Shown here: one piece after another, positions 18,701-28,630 of the stretch | Position numbering within the stretch: the first letter of the stretch is position 1 | Layout: every line of letters begins with the position of its first letter | Origin: Capsulimonadales bacterium | GTDB taxonomy: Bacteria > Armatimonadota > Armatimonadia > Armatimonadales > Armatimonadaceae | Length of the DNA stretch: 38,250 nucleotides | Assembly: GCA_033762295.1 (NCBI GenBank) | Contig: JANRLW010000044.1 | Location: forward strand, 1-38,250 | Direction: 5' to 3' | Program-made: the position numbers and the translations under genes | Notes under the pieces: model-generated | Database searches by the model: none | Seen by the model: the letters and a program-made list of their open reading frames with translations, nothing else | Told to the model about the DNA's origin: nothing

Positions 18701-21700
18701 AGAAGGGACGCTGGACCGAAAACGAGGTCGATGTCATCGAATGGAACGTCCGGTCAGGGGAGCAGCCGGTCGCGACCGAGTTCACGCCGCCGAAGGGCGG
18801 TCAGTGGACGGTGCGGGCGACCGTTCTCGACGGACGCGAGCGGCCCAATGAGTCGGAACTGACGCTGTGGGTGTCCGGGGGCGACGGCCCGAAGAACCGA
18901 CAGCGCGACCTGTCGCAGGAGCAGGTGACGCTGATTCCCGATCGGAAGGAGTTCCGGCCCGGGGAAACGGCGACCGTTCTCGTGCAGTCGCCCTTCGCGA
19001 ACGCCTACGGACTGGCGACCATCGTCCACGACGGGATCGTTCGCACGGAACGTTTCACGATGAAGGGGACGACGCATACCCTGCGCGTTCCGATCGCGGA
19101 GTCGTTCCTGCCGACGGTCGGCCTGCAGGTGGAACTGGTCGGGTCCGCGACACGGACCGATGATGAGGGCAAGCCGCTGAAGGGCGTTGCGCCCCGGCCG
19201 GCCTTCGCCAGCGGGCATCTGAACCTTTCGGTGCCGCCGACGATGCGACGACTGACCGTCACGGCGATTCCGGAGAATGCCGCGCTGGAGCCGGGCGGAA
19301 AGACGACGGTGACGGTGAGCGTACGCGATGCCGACGGTCAGCCGGTTCCGAACGCCGAAGCCGCCGTGGTGGTCGTGGACGAATCGGTCCTGGCGCTGGC
19401 GGGCTGGAACCTGGGCGACCCCCTCGGCGCGTTCTACCCCGGAGGCTCGACCAATGTCGACACCCGCCATTTGCGCGGTCACCTTCTGCTCGAGGACCCG
19501 GGCCAGGTCAAAAACGATCAGGATGGGGAAGTGTCGTTCACGCTCGGAATAGCCGTCGCTGGTCGCCGGGCGCGGTTTGGTGGCGCGGGAGGTGGGGCTA
19601 TCGCGGAAAACATGATGGCGGCGGATATGGCGGTTCCGACTCCGCGATCCGCCCCGGTGCCTGCACCCGCGCTGGCGAAGAGTCTGGCAGTGAATCAGGC
19701 TGCGCCCCCGGACACGCCGATCGGCCTCCGCACCAACTTCAACGCACTCGCCGAGTTCGCGCCGTCCGTGCGAACGGGGGCGGACGGAACCGCGCGGGTG
19801 CCGATCACACTGCCGGACAACCTGACCCGGTATCGGGTCGTCGCGGTCGCGGTGGAGGGACCGAAACGGATCGGGCATGGCGAGGCCGCGATCACGGCGC
19901 GCCTGCCACTGATGGCCCGCCCGTCCGCACCCCGGTTCCTGAACTTCGGCGACCGGTTCGTACTGCCGGTCGTCCTGCAGAACCGGACCGACACTCCGAT
20001 GGTCGTGGACGTCGCGGTGCGCGGGACCAATCTGGCGTTCCCGGATGTCCACGGGTTGCGCGTGACCGTCAAGGCCAACAATCGCGTTGAGGTACGCTTC
20101 CCCGCCGACGCGGTGCGCCCGGGAACGGCCCGCTTCCAGGTGGCGGCGGTCTCCGGGGATCGATCGGATGCCGCCGAACTCTCCCTGCCGGTATGGACGC
20201 CCGCGACGACCGAGGCGTTCGCGACCTACGGAACCATCGATGAGGGGGCGATCGTCCAGCCGGTTCGAACGCCCGGAGAGGTGGTTCCTCAGTTCGGTGG
20301 GCTGGAGGTGACGACGACATCGACCGCCCTTCAGGAACTGACCGACGCCTATATCTACCTCGCGCAGTACCCCTACGGCTGCGCCGAGCAGATCGCGTCG
20401 CGAGTGCTGGCGACCGCCGCGCTGAAGGACGTGCTGGCCGCCTTCCGACCCAGGGAGATGCCGTCCGCCGAGGAGATACGGGCGGCGATGGGCCGTGACC
20501 TGGCGCGGCTGGCCGAAATGCAGAACGACGATGGCGGCTTCGGTTTCTGGACGCGATATACCCGACCCTATCCGTACCTCGGTGTGCATGTGGCGCATGC
20601 CCTCGTCCGGGCGAAACAGAAAGGGTTCACTGTTCCGGAAACGATGTTCACCCGTTCGATGCAATATCTGAAGGACATCGAGAGCAAGTTCGAGGCGAAC
20701 TACCCGCCGCAATGCCGACGGATGATCACTGCATACGCGCTTTATGTGCGCCATCTGACGGGAGACACGGAAACCGGTCGGGCGAAACGCCTGTTGAAGG
20801 AGGACACGCTCGACGGACTGGGACCGGAGACGATCGGCTGGCTGTTGCAGGTCCTGGCAGGCGATCCGGTCATGGCGGACGCACGTCGCTGGCTGAACAG
20901 CCGGGCGACGGAAACCGCCGGAGCCGCCCACTTCACCTTTTCCTACCGGGACGCCGACTATCTGGTCCTGAGTTCGGACCGCCGCGCCGACGCCATCGTG
21001 CTCGACGCCCTGATCGCGGACCAGCCGAAGAACGACCTGATCCCCAAACTGGTGCGCGGACTGCTCGACGGTCGCCGACGGGGCGCGTGGTCGGGTACGC
21101 AGGAAAACGCCTTCGTCCTGCTGGCCCTCGATCGCTACTTCCGTACCTATGAGGGAGTGACGCCCGATTTCGTCGCCCGGCTCTGGCTCGGGGACGATTT
21201 TGCGGGCGAGGCGTCGTTCCGGGGGCGCAGCACGGAACGGGCAGAAACGCGGATTCCGATGGCTTACCTGACGAAAACGCCCGGCGACCGGAAACTGATC
21301 ATCGGAAAGACCGGACCGGGCCGACTCTACTATCGGATCGGAATGCGGTACGCCCCCAAAGACCTGACGCTCCGCCCCGCCGACTACGGATTCACCGTCA
21401 GGCGGGTCTACGAACCGATCGACAAACCGGAGGATGTCCGCCGGGACGCCGACGGGACCTGGATCATCAAGGCCGGAGCGAAGGTACGGGTCCGCCTGAC
21501 CATGATCGCGACGACTCGCCGCTACCATGTCGCCCTGACCGACCCGATGCCCGCCGGACTGGAGTCGCTGAACTCGGCCCTTCAGGGAACCGAGAGCGTG
21601 GACCGGGATATCAATCCGAACCGCCTCGACGGGGGGTATTGGTGGCGATGGGGGTACTGGTGGCAGCATGAAAACCTGCGCGACGAACGCGCGGAGGCGT

Positions 21701-21855
21701 TCACGGACTACCTCTGGGAAGGGGCTTACGAATACGTGTACATCTGCCGCGCGACGACTCCCGGTCGATTCGTCGTGCCGCCCGCCAAAGCGGAGGAGAT
21801 GTACTCGCCGGAGACCTTCGGGCGCAGTGGGACGGATCGTGTCCGGATCGAGTAG
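15766..21855 (+). CDS. Bacterial alpha-2-macroglobulin family protein with N-terminal Ig-like (Big_5) domains
   Basis: 2029 aa. MG2 motif FDDRKLYRPGETVHIKG; VEEFRRPEFEV; VVDESVLAL; low-complexity bait region; LPDNLTRYRVVA; thioester YPYGCAEQ (CAEQ 20380-20391); QNDDGGFGFW; C-terminal PPAKAEEMYSPE. Confidence 0.95.
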   Translation: MTRKRVGILAGVTVGLTAAVAVGAVSIRANKTSDRAMVRMSSPAAMAGQVRGAQTMNDDFEGLRFRLSDGKPPLGEDAEEIPQGESTPLSDPEAERVLARLKPVNAQPGDEQDFALRERSLPPPRAGETRLAAFPPPPSEGTPPAVETGPLTVRRVQPEGDIPLADRVSITFSQPMIPVTSQEEAAQNVPVELTPKAEGVWRWLGTQTLIFDAGSGKRLPMATAFTLTVPAGTKSATGGVLAETTTVRFQTPAVRLIDSFPNTDQPQPRQPLIRMAFDQRIDPEAVLKTITLDAGGRKFSVRRATEAEISDGRESRWRQDVPKERTLAVRPVEPLPTETMVTVRIGPGTPSSEGPRKTDSEQTLSFQTYGPLKLVETNGDGSPPGAGWGFRFNNPLDEEAFDPATVTVSPAVPGMRITAQGTYLHFQGMTKGRTTYTVTIPSGVKDIFGQTLGKSEIRMVKVGPATPMVSGPERNFVVCDPSAPPRAAFHSVNTPSVRVKLYAVQESDWAAWLKYLNRGRRDRETIPGRLVSEKVVPLKTEPDVWGETSVPLTDVLKGGTENVIVRWESTIRRSKEELPDQGVAWFQATKLGLMVQTDATDLYAWVTDLATGKPVGGARVALDTGVNAVTGPDGLARVGLTGTPARRVMVNKGNDAAFLPSAFWEYDGTAWVKHSSGDSQRWFIFDDRKLYRPGETVHIKGWVRVKKPGKTGDLELPVGMRQVNWLLRDSRGNEVLKGTATINAWAGFDFSAELPKTMNLGQASLLIDGNWHFLQVEEFRRPEFEVAAKNESAGPHVVGDTKGADVSVTAKYYAGGALPGTPVIWNVSAAPTTYTPPGREEFTFGQWIPWWGGFDDGPVYRSGRFGFGRPEEPLQSHPGRTGGDGTHYLHLDFESVRPARPYTVRAEAVLQDVNRQTRAANTSLIVHPSERYVGLKGRNLFVEKGKKLTIDTIVCDIDGKADAGREIRFRAARKEWGYKKGRWTENEVDVIEWNVRSGEQPVATEFTPPKGGQWTVRATVLDGRERPNESELTLWVSGGDGPKNRQRDLSQEQVTLIPDRKEFRPGETATVLVQSPFANAYGLATIVHDGIVRTERFTMKGTTHTLRVPIAESFLPTVGLQVELVGSATRTDDEGKPLKGVAPRPAFASGHLNLSVPPTMRRLTVTAIPENAALEPGGKTTVTVSVRDADGQPVPNAEAAVVVVDESVLALAGWNLGDPLGAFYPGGSTNVDTRHLRGHLLLEDPGQVKNDQDGEVSFTLGIAVAGRRARFGGAGGGAIAENMMAADMAVPTPRSAPVPAPALAKSLAVNQAAPPDTPIGLRTNFNALAEFAPSVRTGADGTARVPITLPDNLTRYRVVAVAVEGPKRIGHGEAAITARLPLMARPSAPRFLNFGDRFVLPVVLQNRTDTPMVVDVAVRGTNLAFPDVHGLRVTVKANNRVEVRFPADAVRPGTARFQVAAVSGDRSDAAELSLPVWTPATTEAFATYGTIDEGAIVQPVRTPGEVVPQFGGLEVTTTSTALQELTDAYIYLAQYPYGCAEQIASRVLATAALKDVLAAFRPREMPSAEEIRAAMGRDLARLAEMQNDDGGFGFWTRYTRPYPYLGVHVAHALVRAKQKGFTVPETMFTRSMQYLKDIESKFEANYPPQCRRMITAYALYVRHLTGDTETGRAKRLLKEDTLDGLGPETIGWLLQVLAGDPVMADARRWLNSRATETAGAAHFTFSYRDADYLVLSSDRRADAIVLDALIADQPKNDLIPKLVRGLLDGRRRGAWSGTQENAFVLLALDRYFRTYEGVTPDFVARLWLGDDFAGEASFRGRSTERAETRIPMAYLTKTPGDRKLIIGKTGPGRLYYRIGMRYAPKDLTLRPADYGFTVRRVYEPIDKPEDVRRDADGTWIIKAGAKVRVRLTMIATTRRYHVALTDPMPAGLESLNSALQGTESVDRDINPNRLDGGYWWRWGYWWQHENLRDERAEAFTDYLWEGAYEYVYICRATTPGRFVVPPAKAEEMYSPETFGRSGTDRVRIE

Positions 21856-21864
21856 GGGGCGCGA

Positions 21865-22464
21865 ATGACCGTCGCGATCCTCGCCGGGGGGCAAAGCGTC
21901 CGGATGGGGCAGGACAAGGCCCTGTTGCCGCTCGACGGGGAGACGCTGCTCGAACGGACCATCCGCATGGCGATCGAGGCGGGCGCGGAGACGGTACTGG
22001 TCATCGGACGGGAACGACCGGCGGATGACGATCCGGCGGGAGCGATCTTCCTGCCCGATGCCCCTGCCGACGCCGGACAGGGGCCGCTGGCGGGACTCGC
22101 CGCCGCGCTGGAGGCCGCGCCCACCGATCGAACGCTGCTTCTGGCCTGCGACATGCCCTGCCTGACCGCGGAGGCGATCCGCTGGCTCGCCTCCCTGCCC
22201 TCCGACGATTCCGGGGCGCACGGAACCGTCACGGTCGGCGCGGACGGCGAACCGGAACCCCTGTTTTCCGTATATTCCCGTGCCGTACGGCCGCTGGTTC
22301 GTGAACGGCTGGCGTCCGGACGACGCTCGCTGAAAGGGTTGATCGAGACGGGGGCGTTTACGTCGGTCGCGCTGCCGGAGGCTTTTCGGACCGCCATCGT
22401 CAACGCCAACACGCCGGAGGAGTGGCAGGCGGCGTTGCGGCAACGGCGGTGTCCGGTACAATAA
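21865..22464 (+). CDS. mobA: Molybdenum cofactor guanylyltransferase
   Basis: ILAGGQSVRMGQDKALL, GPLAGL, LACDMP, EPLFSVY, NANTPEE. Confidence 0.9.
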   Translation: MTVAILAGGQSVRMGQDKALLPLDGETLLERTIRMAIEAGAETVLVIGRERPADDDPAGAIFLPDAPADAGQGPLAGLAAALEAAPTDRTLLLACDMPCLTAEAIRWLASLPSDDSGAHGTVTVGADGEPEPLFSVYSRAVRPLVRERLASGRRSLKGLIETGAFTSVALPEAFRTAIVNANTPEEWQAALRQRRCPVQ

Positions 22465-22467
22465 CCC

Positions 22468-24297
22468 ATGCGCACGCCTTTTCGGTTCGCCGTGACGGTC
22501 GGTCTGTCGCTGTTCGCGCTGCTCGTCCCGGTCTCCTCCCTTCACGCTCAGGTGCTGTTTCAGCAGTTCTATTACCCGATCGACAAACCGCCGAAAGGAA
22601 CCTCCTGGTGGCGTCAGGCCACCGCCGAACTGCCCGCGCTGGCAAAACTGGGCGTCTCGTCGATCTGGCATCCGGTTCCGGTCAAGGGCGGAAGCGGCGC
22701 GGTTTCAATGGGATACGACCCGTACGATCTCTATGACCTCGGCAGCAAGGATCAGAAGGGAACCATCCCGACCCTTTTCGGAACCCGGGACGAATACCTG
22801 GCCTACGTCGCCGCCGCCCACCGACTAGGCTTGCGGGTCATCGCCGATGTCGTCCTGAACCATACCGGCGGCGCGGACCGGGCCGAACCCAATCCGCTTA
22901 TGGAGCGTCTGGGCTGGGATGATATCGGCGACGATTCGAAGGTCGGTCGCGCCTTTCGTTCCCCGGACGACCGTGACGAAAACCTTCGCTCCTGGACTCG
23001 TTTTCAGCCGGTCGGAGCCTCCGGAGCGCCCGGAACCGGGCGTTTTCCAAGAGATTATCGCCATTTTCACCCGTCGGCGATTCATCCGGATCGGAACGGC
23101 CCCTACCATAATCCGGAATTCGCCCAGGACTACTGTGCGGAGGCCGAGGAGGGGTATGTGCGTAAGGGGCTGTGCGAATGGGGCGCATGGTTCCGGGCGC
23201 AGACCGGCGTCGACGGGTTCCGCCTGGATGCGGTCAAACTGATCGACCCGCCGTTCCTCGCCGAGTTTGCCGAAAAGATGAACGGTTCGGTCGACGAGCG
23301 CGGCTTCTATCTGGTCGGCGAGTTCTGGGACACGAATCCGGGGACGCTGCTGGATTTTCAGCGGGCGACCGCCCATCGTATGCGGCTGTTCGACTTCGGT
23401 CTGTTCTATGCCCTGTGGGACATGACCGAGAACCCCCGCGCGTTCGACATGCGGGACCTGCTGATCCGGCGTTTCGCCGATCGACAACGGGCGGTGCTTT
23501 TCGTTTCCAACCACGATGTCGATCGGTTTCAGCCGATCCGGCGTGACCGCCGTTCGCTGCCGTATGCCCTGATTCTGACACTGGCGGGACAGCCGAGCGT
23601 GTTCTATTCCGACTACTTCCGGGCTGAGGATCCGCGTCTGCCTCGAACGCTGGAAACGTTGATTCCGGTGCACAATCGGTTCGCCGTCGGCGAGGAGGTG
23701 GTGCATTTCGCGGATACGGACGTGCTGGCGGTGGAGCGTTCCGGCAACCTCCTCGGCCTCTTTCACGACGGCGGCGACGGGAAGGCGCGAACGGTCACCG
23801 TGCCGACCAATTTCGGTCCGAAGACGACGCTCCGGGCGGTGGGGCGGCAGGAGGGCGAGCCGGACCTCACGTTGACCACGGGCGACGACGGACGTATCGT
23901 GGCCACGGTCGAACCGGGAAAGTACCTGTTGCTGGTTCGCGCCGACGCCGATACGAAATCGAACCCGGACCGATTTCCCCGCCTGCCGCTGCGAACGACC
24001 CAGGTTTTCGAGTTCGCCGACGATCTCGATACCGGACGATTGGGCGAGACGCCGCGCACCGTTTTCGTGACCCTGTCGGCTCCCGGCGCGATTCAGGTGC
24101 GCCTCACCGACACGACCGGGCGCGAACCGCTGGAAATCACGTTTACCGGCGCGGACGGGCGACCGGCGGGGCGCGTCCGAGGCGTTCGTGGCAAACCGAC
24201 CGAATATCGGACCCGGCTGCCGCGTCCGGGGACGTACGCCATCACGGTCCGAACCTCCGGACCGCCGACCGTCGGTCGCCTGGCCGTCACCTATTGA
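22468..24297 (+). CDS. Secreted GH13 alpha-amylase with a C-terminal beta-sandwich extension
   Basis: Signal peptide; MGYDPYDLYDLG...QKGTIPTLFGT; DVVLNH; catalytic motifs FRLDAVK, VGEFWD and FVSNHD. Confidence 0.92.
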   Translation: MRTPFRFAVTVGLSLFALLVPVSSLHAQVLFQQFYYPIDKPPKGTSWWRQATAELPALAKLGVSSIWHPVPVKGGSGAVSMGYDPYDLYDLGSKDQKGTIPTLFGTRDEYLAYVAAAHRLGLRVIADVVLNHTGGADRAEPNPLMERLGWDDIGDDSKVGRAFRSPDDRDENLRSWTRFQPVGASGAPGTGRFPRDYRHFHPSAIHPDRNGPYHNPEFAQDYCAEAEEGYVRKGLCEWGAWFRAQTGVDGFRLDAVKLIDPPFLAEFAEKMNGSVDERGFYLVGEFWDTNPGTLLDFQRATAHRMRLFDFGLFYALWDMTENPRAFDMRDLLIRRFADRQRAVLFVSNHDVDRFQPIRRDRRSLPYALILTLAGQPSVFYSDYFRAEDPRLPRTLETLIPVHNRFAVGEEVVHFADTDVLAVERSGNLLGLFHDGGDGKARTVTVPTNFGPKTTLRAVGRQEGEPDLTLTTGDDGRIVATVEPGKYLLLVRADADTKSNPDRFPRLPLRTTQVFEFADDLDTGRLGETPRTVFVTLSAPGAIQVRLTDTTGREPLEITFTGADGRPAGRVRGVRGKPTEYRTRLPRPGTYAITVRTSGPPTVGRLAVTY

Positions 24298-24421
24298 TCC
24301 GCAGGACGACGAGCGGTCAAGGGCGGTTCCGTGGGTCGATCCGTTTTTATTTCACAGGTCGGCTCCTGGTAATTCCCCACTTCGGATGCCTCTTTCGTCA
24401 GTGTCAATGTTACATTAAGAC

Positions 24422-24826
24422 ATGGATATCACGAAAGGCCGACGACGGCTCGCGGGGATTCTCTCCGCAATTACGCTCCTTCTGCTGTCCGGTTGCGGTG
24501 GCATGAACGGATGGCGACAGGAAACCGTGCCGGATTCCACCGCCGATTTCGCGGCATTGCCGACCGGCGGTTTCGGCATGTCGGAGACAGGCTCGACCGA
24601 TTCGGGGGAAATGGCGACCTACGTTCCGACCGGTTTTACCGCCGGGGAGACGATCGACATGCTACCCGCCGAACGGAAAACCACGATACTGGAGGGCACA
24701 CCTCCGACCGAACCGGCGCAACGGTTTGAGGCGATCCTGCCCGAGGCGATTCCGGCGTTTCTCGTCTGCCAACTGCTCACGGACTATTGCCGGACGATTC
24801 CCGCCGAATTTTCCACGCAAAAGTAA
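24422..24826 (+). CDS. Hypothetical lipoprotein
   Basis: Basic N-terminus, hydrophobic core and lipobox LSG|C; fills the gap between the amylase and AKR genes. Confidence 0.65.
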   Translation: MDITKGRRRLAGILSAITLLLLSGCGGMNGWRQETVPDSTADFAALPTGGFGMSETGSTDSGEMATYVPTGFTAGETIDMLPAERKTTILEGTPPTEPAQRFEAILPEAIPAFLVCQLLTDYCRTIPAEFSTQK

Positions 24827-24872
24827 GAGGGCAGGGGTTTTCCCGGTCCGAGGTTCGTGGTTCAATCGAGGC

Positions 24873-25850
24873 GTGAAACAAAGATCCTTTTCCGACACGA
24901 CGGTAAGCGAGGTGGGCGTCGGCTGCTGGCAGTTTGGCGGCGACTGGGGCAGCATCTCCGACGAAACCGCACTCGACACACTGCGAACGGCGTACGCGAA
25001 CGGCGTCACGTTCCTGGATACCGCCGACGTTTACGGTAGCGGGCGAAGCGAGAGCGTGATCGGGCGGTTCTTACGGGAGGATCGACCGTCCGTTTTCGTC
25101 GCCACGAAACTCGGGCGGCGGGGCGATCCCGGGTGGCCAGGGAACTTCACGCTGGAAACCATGCGCCGCCATACGGAGGAATCCCTGCGGCGACTCGGCG
25201 TCGAGACGCTGGACCTGACGCAGCTGCACTGTATACCGACCGAGGAACTGCGGCGGGGCGATGTTTTCGAACACCTGCGTGTCCTGCGTTCGGAAGGGAA
25301 GATCCGTCGGTTCGGCGTCAGCGTCGAAACGGTCGAGGAAGGACTCCTCTGCCTGGAACAGCCCGACGTCGCCGCGCTCCAGGTGATTTTCAACCTCTTC
25401 CGGCAAAAACCGGCCGACGAACTATTTGCGAAGGCGAAGACCCGAGACGTCGCGATCATCGTGCGATTGCCGCTGGCTTCGGGACTGCTTTCGGGGAAAT
25501 TCACCGAAAAAACCGAGTTCGCTCCGGAGGACCATCGGACGTACAACCGCGACGGACAGGCGTTCAACGTCGGCGAAACGTTCGCCGGATTGCCGTTTGA
25601 GGCAGGGGTCGAACTGGCGGACGCCCTGAAACCGATGGTACCGGCGGGCTGGTCGCTGACACAGATGGCCCTTCGCTGGTGCCTGGATTTCGATGCGGTC
25701 CGTGTAATCATCCCCGGCGCGAAGAATCCGGAGCAGGCGCGCGCCAACGCCGCCGTTTCCGAACTTCCACCGCTGTCCCCCGAACTGCGAGAGCGATTGC
25801 GCCGGTTCTACGAGATGCGTGTCGTAGATCGGATTCGCGGACCGTACTGA
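24873..25850 (+). CDS. Aldo/keto reductase
   Basis: VSEVGVGCWQFGG, FLDTADVYGSGRSE, VATK, SLRRLGVETLDLTQLH, PLASGLLSGK, IIPGAKN. GTG start at 24873. Confidence 0.93.
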   Translation: MKQRSFSDTTVSEVGVGCWQFGGDWGSISDETALDTLRTAYANGVTFLDTADVYGSGRSESVIGRFLREDRPSVFVATKLGRRGDPGWPGNFTLETMRRHTEESLRRLGVETLDLTQLHCIPTEELRRGDVFEHLRVLRSEGKIRRFGVSVETVEEGLLCLEQPDVAALQVIFNLFRQKPADELFAKAKTRDVAIIVRLPLASGLLSGKFTEKTEFAPEDHRTYNRDGQAFNVGETFAGLPFEAGVELADALKPMVPAGWSLTQMALRWCLDFDAVRVIIPGAKNPEQARANAAVSELPPLSPELRERLRRFYEMRVVDRIRGPY

Positions 25851-25856
25851 AACCGG

Positions 25857-26261
25857 TCAGCGGACGTGGATCAGGTACAACCCGATGTACCCGACGATGG
25901 CGGCGCGGAGCATACGGACCGTCAATAGCCGGTTCGCCTGCGCCAGTCGGGTCAAAAAATAGAGGGCGGGCAGACACGACAGGCACTTGACGACGACGAA
26001 CCAGATCGGATGAAACCGGAACGTCCAGGCCAGCAGGGGATTGGCTTCCATCGCATCGCCGTGAATGACCCACCAGAGGGTCGTATACATATCGAGGGCG
26101 CAGATCACCGCCAGGAGGAACGCCTCCTTTTCCCCGGCCCGTCGCAGTCGGAGCGGTCCGCCGAAACGGAGCGAGCGGAAACGATGACGACGTTCGGTAG
26201 CGACGGTTCCGGAGTTCGGGCGCATCGACGTTGAGGGAACGGCAAAACGGGGAGATGCCAT
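25857..26261 (-). CDS. Small membrane protein, DUF5658-like
   Basis: ICALDMYTTLWWV...AMEANPLLAW pattern followed by further TM helices. The start position is uncertain. Confidence 0.7.
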   Translation of the reverse strand: MASPRFAVPSTSMRPNSGTVATERRHRFRSLRFGGPLRLRRAGEKEAFLLAVICALDMYTTLWWVIHGDAMEANPLLAWTFRFHPIWFVVVKCLSCLPALYFLTRLAQANRLLTVRMLRAAIVGYIGLYLIHVR

Positions 26262-26382
26262 GGTGACGGGAACCTTTTCCGTTGCGCCTCTTGGATAGTG
26301 GACGCATTTACAAGGCATTATTACCTGTATTCGGGGAAAACGCTCTCTCCGGTACAAAAATCATCGGGAGAGGGGGAGGAGA

Positions 26383-26471
26383 CGGAGTGAGTGGGATTCG
26401 AACCCACGATACGGTTTTGCCGTATACACGATTTCCAATCGTGCTCCTTCGACCAACTCGGACATCACTCC
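26383..26471 (-). tRNA. tRNA-Ser (anticodon GGA), CCA not encoded
   Basis: Acceptor stem GGAGTGA/TCACTCC; anticodon arm CACGA-TTGGAAA-TCGTG; long variable arm ATACGG-CAAAA-CCGTAT; T-arm GTGGG-TTCGAAT-CCCAC; discriminator G. Confidence 0.97.
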
Positions 26472-26517
26472 TCGAACGAGAATCCGGCAGGGCGCCGGAC
26501 TCGGATCGGCAACGGCT

Positions 26518-26545
26518 ATTATAGCGCAATTGGCGCGGTTGTCAA
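26518..26545 (-). promoter_or_regulatory. Sigma70 promoter of tRNA-Ser
   Basis: TTGACA (26545-26540), 16-nt spacer, TATAAT (26523-26518), then a GC-rich discriminator; typical of a stable-RNA promoter. Confidence 0.85.
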
Positions 26546-26589
26546 ATCGAATTAAGCCCGGCGTACCGGGCGGGAGCAAAGGAACGGCG

Positions 26590-27576
26590 ATGAAAACAAG
26601 GGCGTTACTGGTGACCGATGTCCATACGGTGGAACTGACCGACGTCGAATTGCCGGACCCGGGTCCGGGCGAAGTCCGGGTCCGAACGGCGTTCAGCGGC
26701 ATCAGTCCGGGAACCGAGTTGCGTAAGATGAGCGGGGTGGAAGGCGACGGCTTTCCTTATATCCCCGGCTACTCCCTGACCGGAACCGTGGAGTCCGTCG
26801 GTCCCGGAGTGACCGGATTGGCGGTCGGGACCCGTGTCTGGTGCGGCGGAACTCGCTATGCCGATCATCGTCGCCTCTGGGGAGGGCATATCGGGGTCGC
26901 CGTGCGTGAACAGCGGTCGGTCGTTCCGCTGCCGGACGCCGTCGATCCGGTGGCCGCCAGTATTGCCAAGCTGGCAGCGATCTCCTACCACGGGCTGCGG
27001 TTGGCCGCGCCGCTGCCGCACGAGACGGTGGCGGTGATCGGTCTTGGCCCGATCGGTCAGTGTTCCGCCCGGGTGTTCGCGGCCTCGGGCGCGTCGGTGG
27101 TCGCCGTCGACCTGTCGCCGGAACGGGTGGCGCTCGCGGAGCGGGCCGGGATTCCGGGCGTCGTTTCGAAGGATGGCCTTGCCCGCGCGGTGAAAACGGT
27201 CTTCCCGGACGGCGCGGATATCGTCGTCGATTGCACCGGTGTTGCCGGGGTGCTGGCGCAGGCGGTCGAGGCGGCGCGAGAACTGCCCTGGGACGACCAA
27301 CCGGTCTCCGGCGCGCGCCTGGTGGTGCAGGGCAGCTATCCCGACACCTTTTCCCTGCCGTATCCGACGACATTCTTCCGGGAACTGCGGATACTGGTAC
27401 CGCGCGATCATCTGATGAACGACCTTCGGACCGTACTGGATCTCATGGCGCGGGGTAGACTGTCCCTGACGGAACTGGTCAGCGACCTCCGGGAACCGGA
27501 CGCGGCGCAGGCGACCTACGATGAACTACGAACCGCGAAAGGCGGACTGGTGACCGCCGCCTTTCGCTGGAATTAA
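26590..27576 (+). CDS. Medium-chain (zinc-binding family) dehydrogenase, BchC/threonine dehydrogenase-like
   Basis: GroES-like N-domain ([18 protein letters not shown]), Rossmann VIGLGPIG and [11 protein letters not shown] at 26590. Confidence 0.88.
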   Translation: MKTRALLVTDVHTVELTDVELPDPGPGEVRVRTAFSGISPGTELRKMSGVEGDGFPYIPGYSLTGTVESVGPGVTGLAVGTRVWCGGTRYADHRRLWGGHIGVAVREQRSVVPLPDAVDPVAASIAKLAAISYHGLRLAAPLPHETVAVIGLGPIGQCSARVFAASGASVVAVDLSPERVALAERAGIPGVVSKDGLARAVKTVFPDGADIVVDCTGVAGVLAQAVEAARELPWDDQPVSGARLVVQGSYPDTFSLPYPTTFFRELRILVPRDHLMNDLRTVLDLMARGRLSLTELVSDLREPDAAQATYDELRTAKGGLVTAAFRWN

Positions 27577-27610
27577 CCGTCCGGCAGGCGAAGGGGAAGA
27601 AGCGAAAGGG

Positions 27611-28597
27611 ATGAACGACTCGACGACGGAATCCGCCCTGTCCGCGTATCTTCGCGAACTGTGGGAACGCTACCATGACCTGGCCGATGGCGACGTCGCC
27701 GATTACATCCCCGAACTCTCGCGGGCCGATCCGAACTGGTTCGGGATCGCGGTCGTGACGACGGACGGGCAGGTCGCGGAAGTCGGCGACACCGGACAAC
27801 GGTTCACGATCCAGTCCGCGTCGAAACCGTTCACCTTCGGACTGGCTCTGGAACTCTGGGGCCGGGAGCATATCCTTACCCGGGTCGGCGTCGAACCGAC
27901 CGGCGACCGGTTCAATTCGATTCAACTGGACGAGCGCGCCGGTCGGCCGTTCAATCCCATGATCAATGCCGGGGCGATCGCCATCGCCGACCTGATTCCC
28001 GGCAGCGATACCCCCGAACGACAGCATCGTTTGCTCGACTGCTTTCGCCGCTACACCGGACGGAAGGAGGTGTTCTTCGACCTTCCGACCTTCACCTCCG
28101 AGGCGGCGACGGGCCACCGGAACCGGGCAATCGTTCACCTGATGCGGGCGTTCGGAATGGTCGGGGAGCGATTCGAGGAATCGCTCGACCTGTATTTCCA
28201 GCAGTGCGCTATCCTGGTCTCCTGTACCGATCTGGCGGTGATGGCGGCGACGCTGGCGAATGGCGGAATCCATCCGATCACCGGCGAACGAGCGGCCGCG
28301 GCGTCCTGTATCGCGCCGATCCTGTCGGTCATGTATACCTGCGGCATGTACGATTCCGCCGGGGAGTGGGCGTACCGGGTCGGGCTTCCGGCGAAATCCG
28401 GTGTCAGCGGCGCGATCTTCGCGGTCGTTCCGGGGCAGGGAGGTATCGCCGTCTTTTCACCGCGCGTCGATGCCCACGGAAACAGCGTTCGCGGCGTACG
28501 AGTTTGCGAGGATCTCAGCATTCGCTACGGACTGCACCTGTTCGACGACCGCCGGGGCGCGACCACCCTGCTCGATGCCGCCCGAACGCCCGTTTGA
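27611..28597 (+). CDS. glsA: Glutaminase A
   Basis: [59 protein letters not shown]. Confidence 0.95.
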   Translation: MNDSTTESALSAYLRELWERYHDLADGDVADYIPELSRADPNWFGIAVVTTDGQVAEVGDTGQRFTIQSASKPFTFGLALELWGREHILTRVGVEPTGDRFNSIQLDERAGRPFNPMINAGAIAIADLIPGSDTPERQHRLLDCFRRYTGRKEVFFDLPTFTSEAATGHRNRAIVHLMRAFGMVGERFEESLDLYFQQCAILVSCTDLAVMAATLANGGIHPITGERAAAASCIAPILSVMYTCGMYDSAGEWAYRVGLPAKSGVSGAIFAVVPGQGGIAVFSPRVDAHGNSVRGVRVCEDLSIRYGLHLFDDRRGATTLLDAARTPV

Positions 28598-28630
28598 AAC
28601 TCCGCTCCGTCCCTTCGTGTCGTATAGGTC

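Noticed and set aside
15712..22671. Very long antisense ORFs (944 aa and 1305 aa) opposite the alpha-2-macroglobulin gene
   Set aside because: Their Arg/Gly/His-rich composition and lack of motifs are expected shadows of GC-biased codon usage on the real strand.
26340..26471. tRNA-Ser as an integration site for a genomic island
   Set aside because: No integrase, no duplicated tRNA 3' end seen in the window and no obvious compositional shift.
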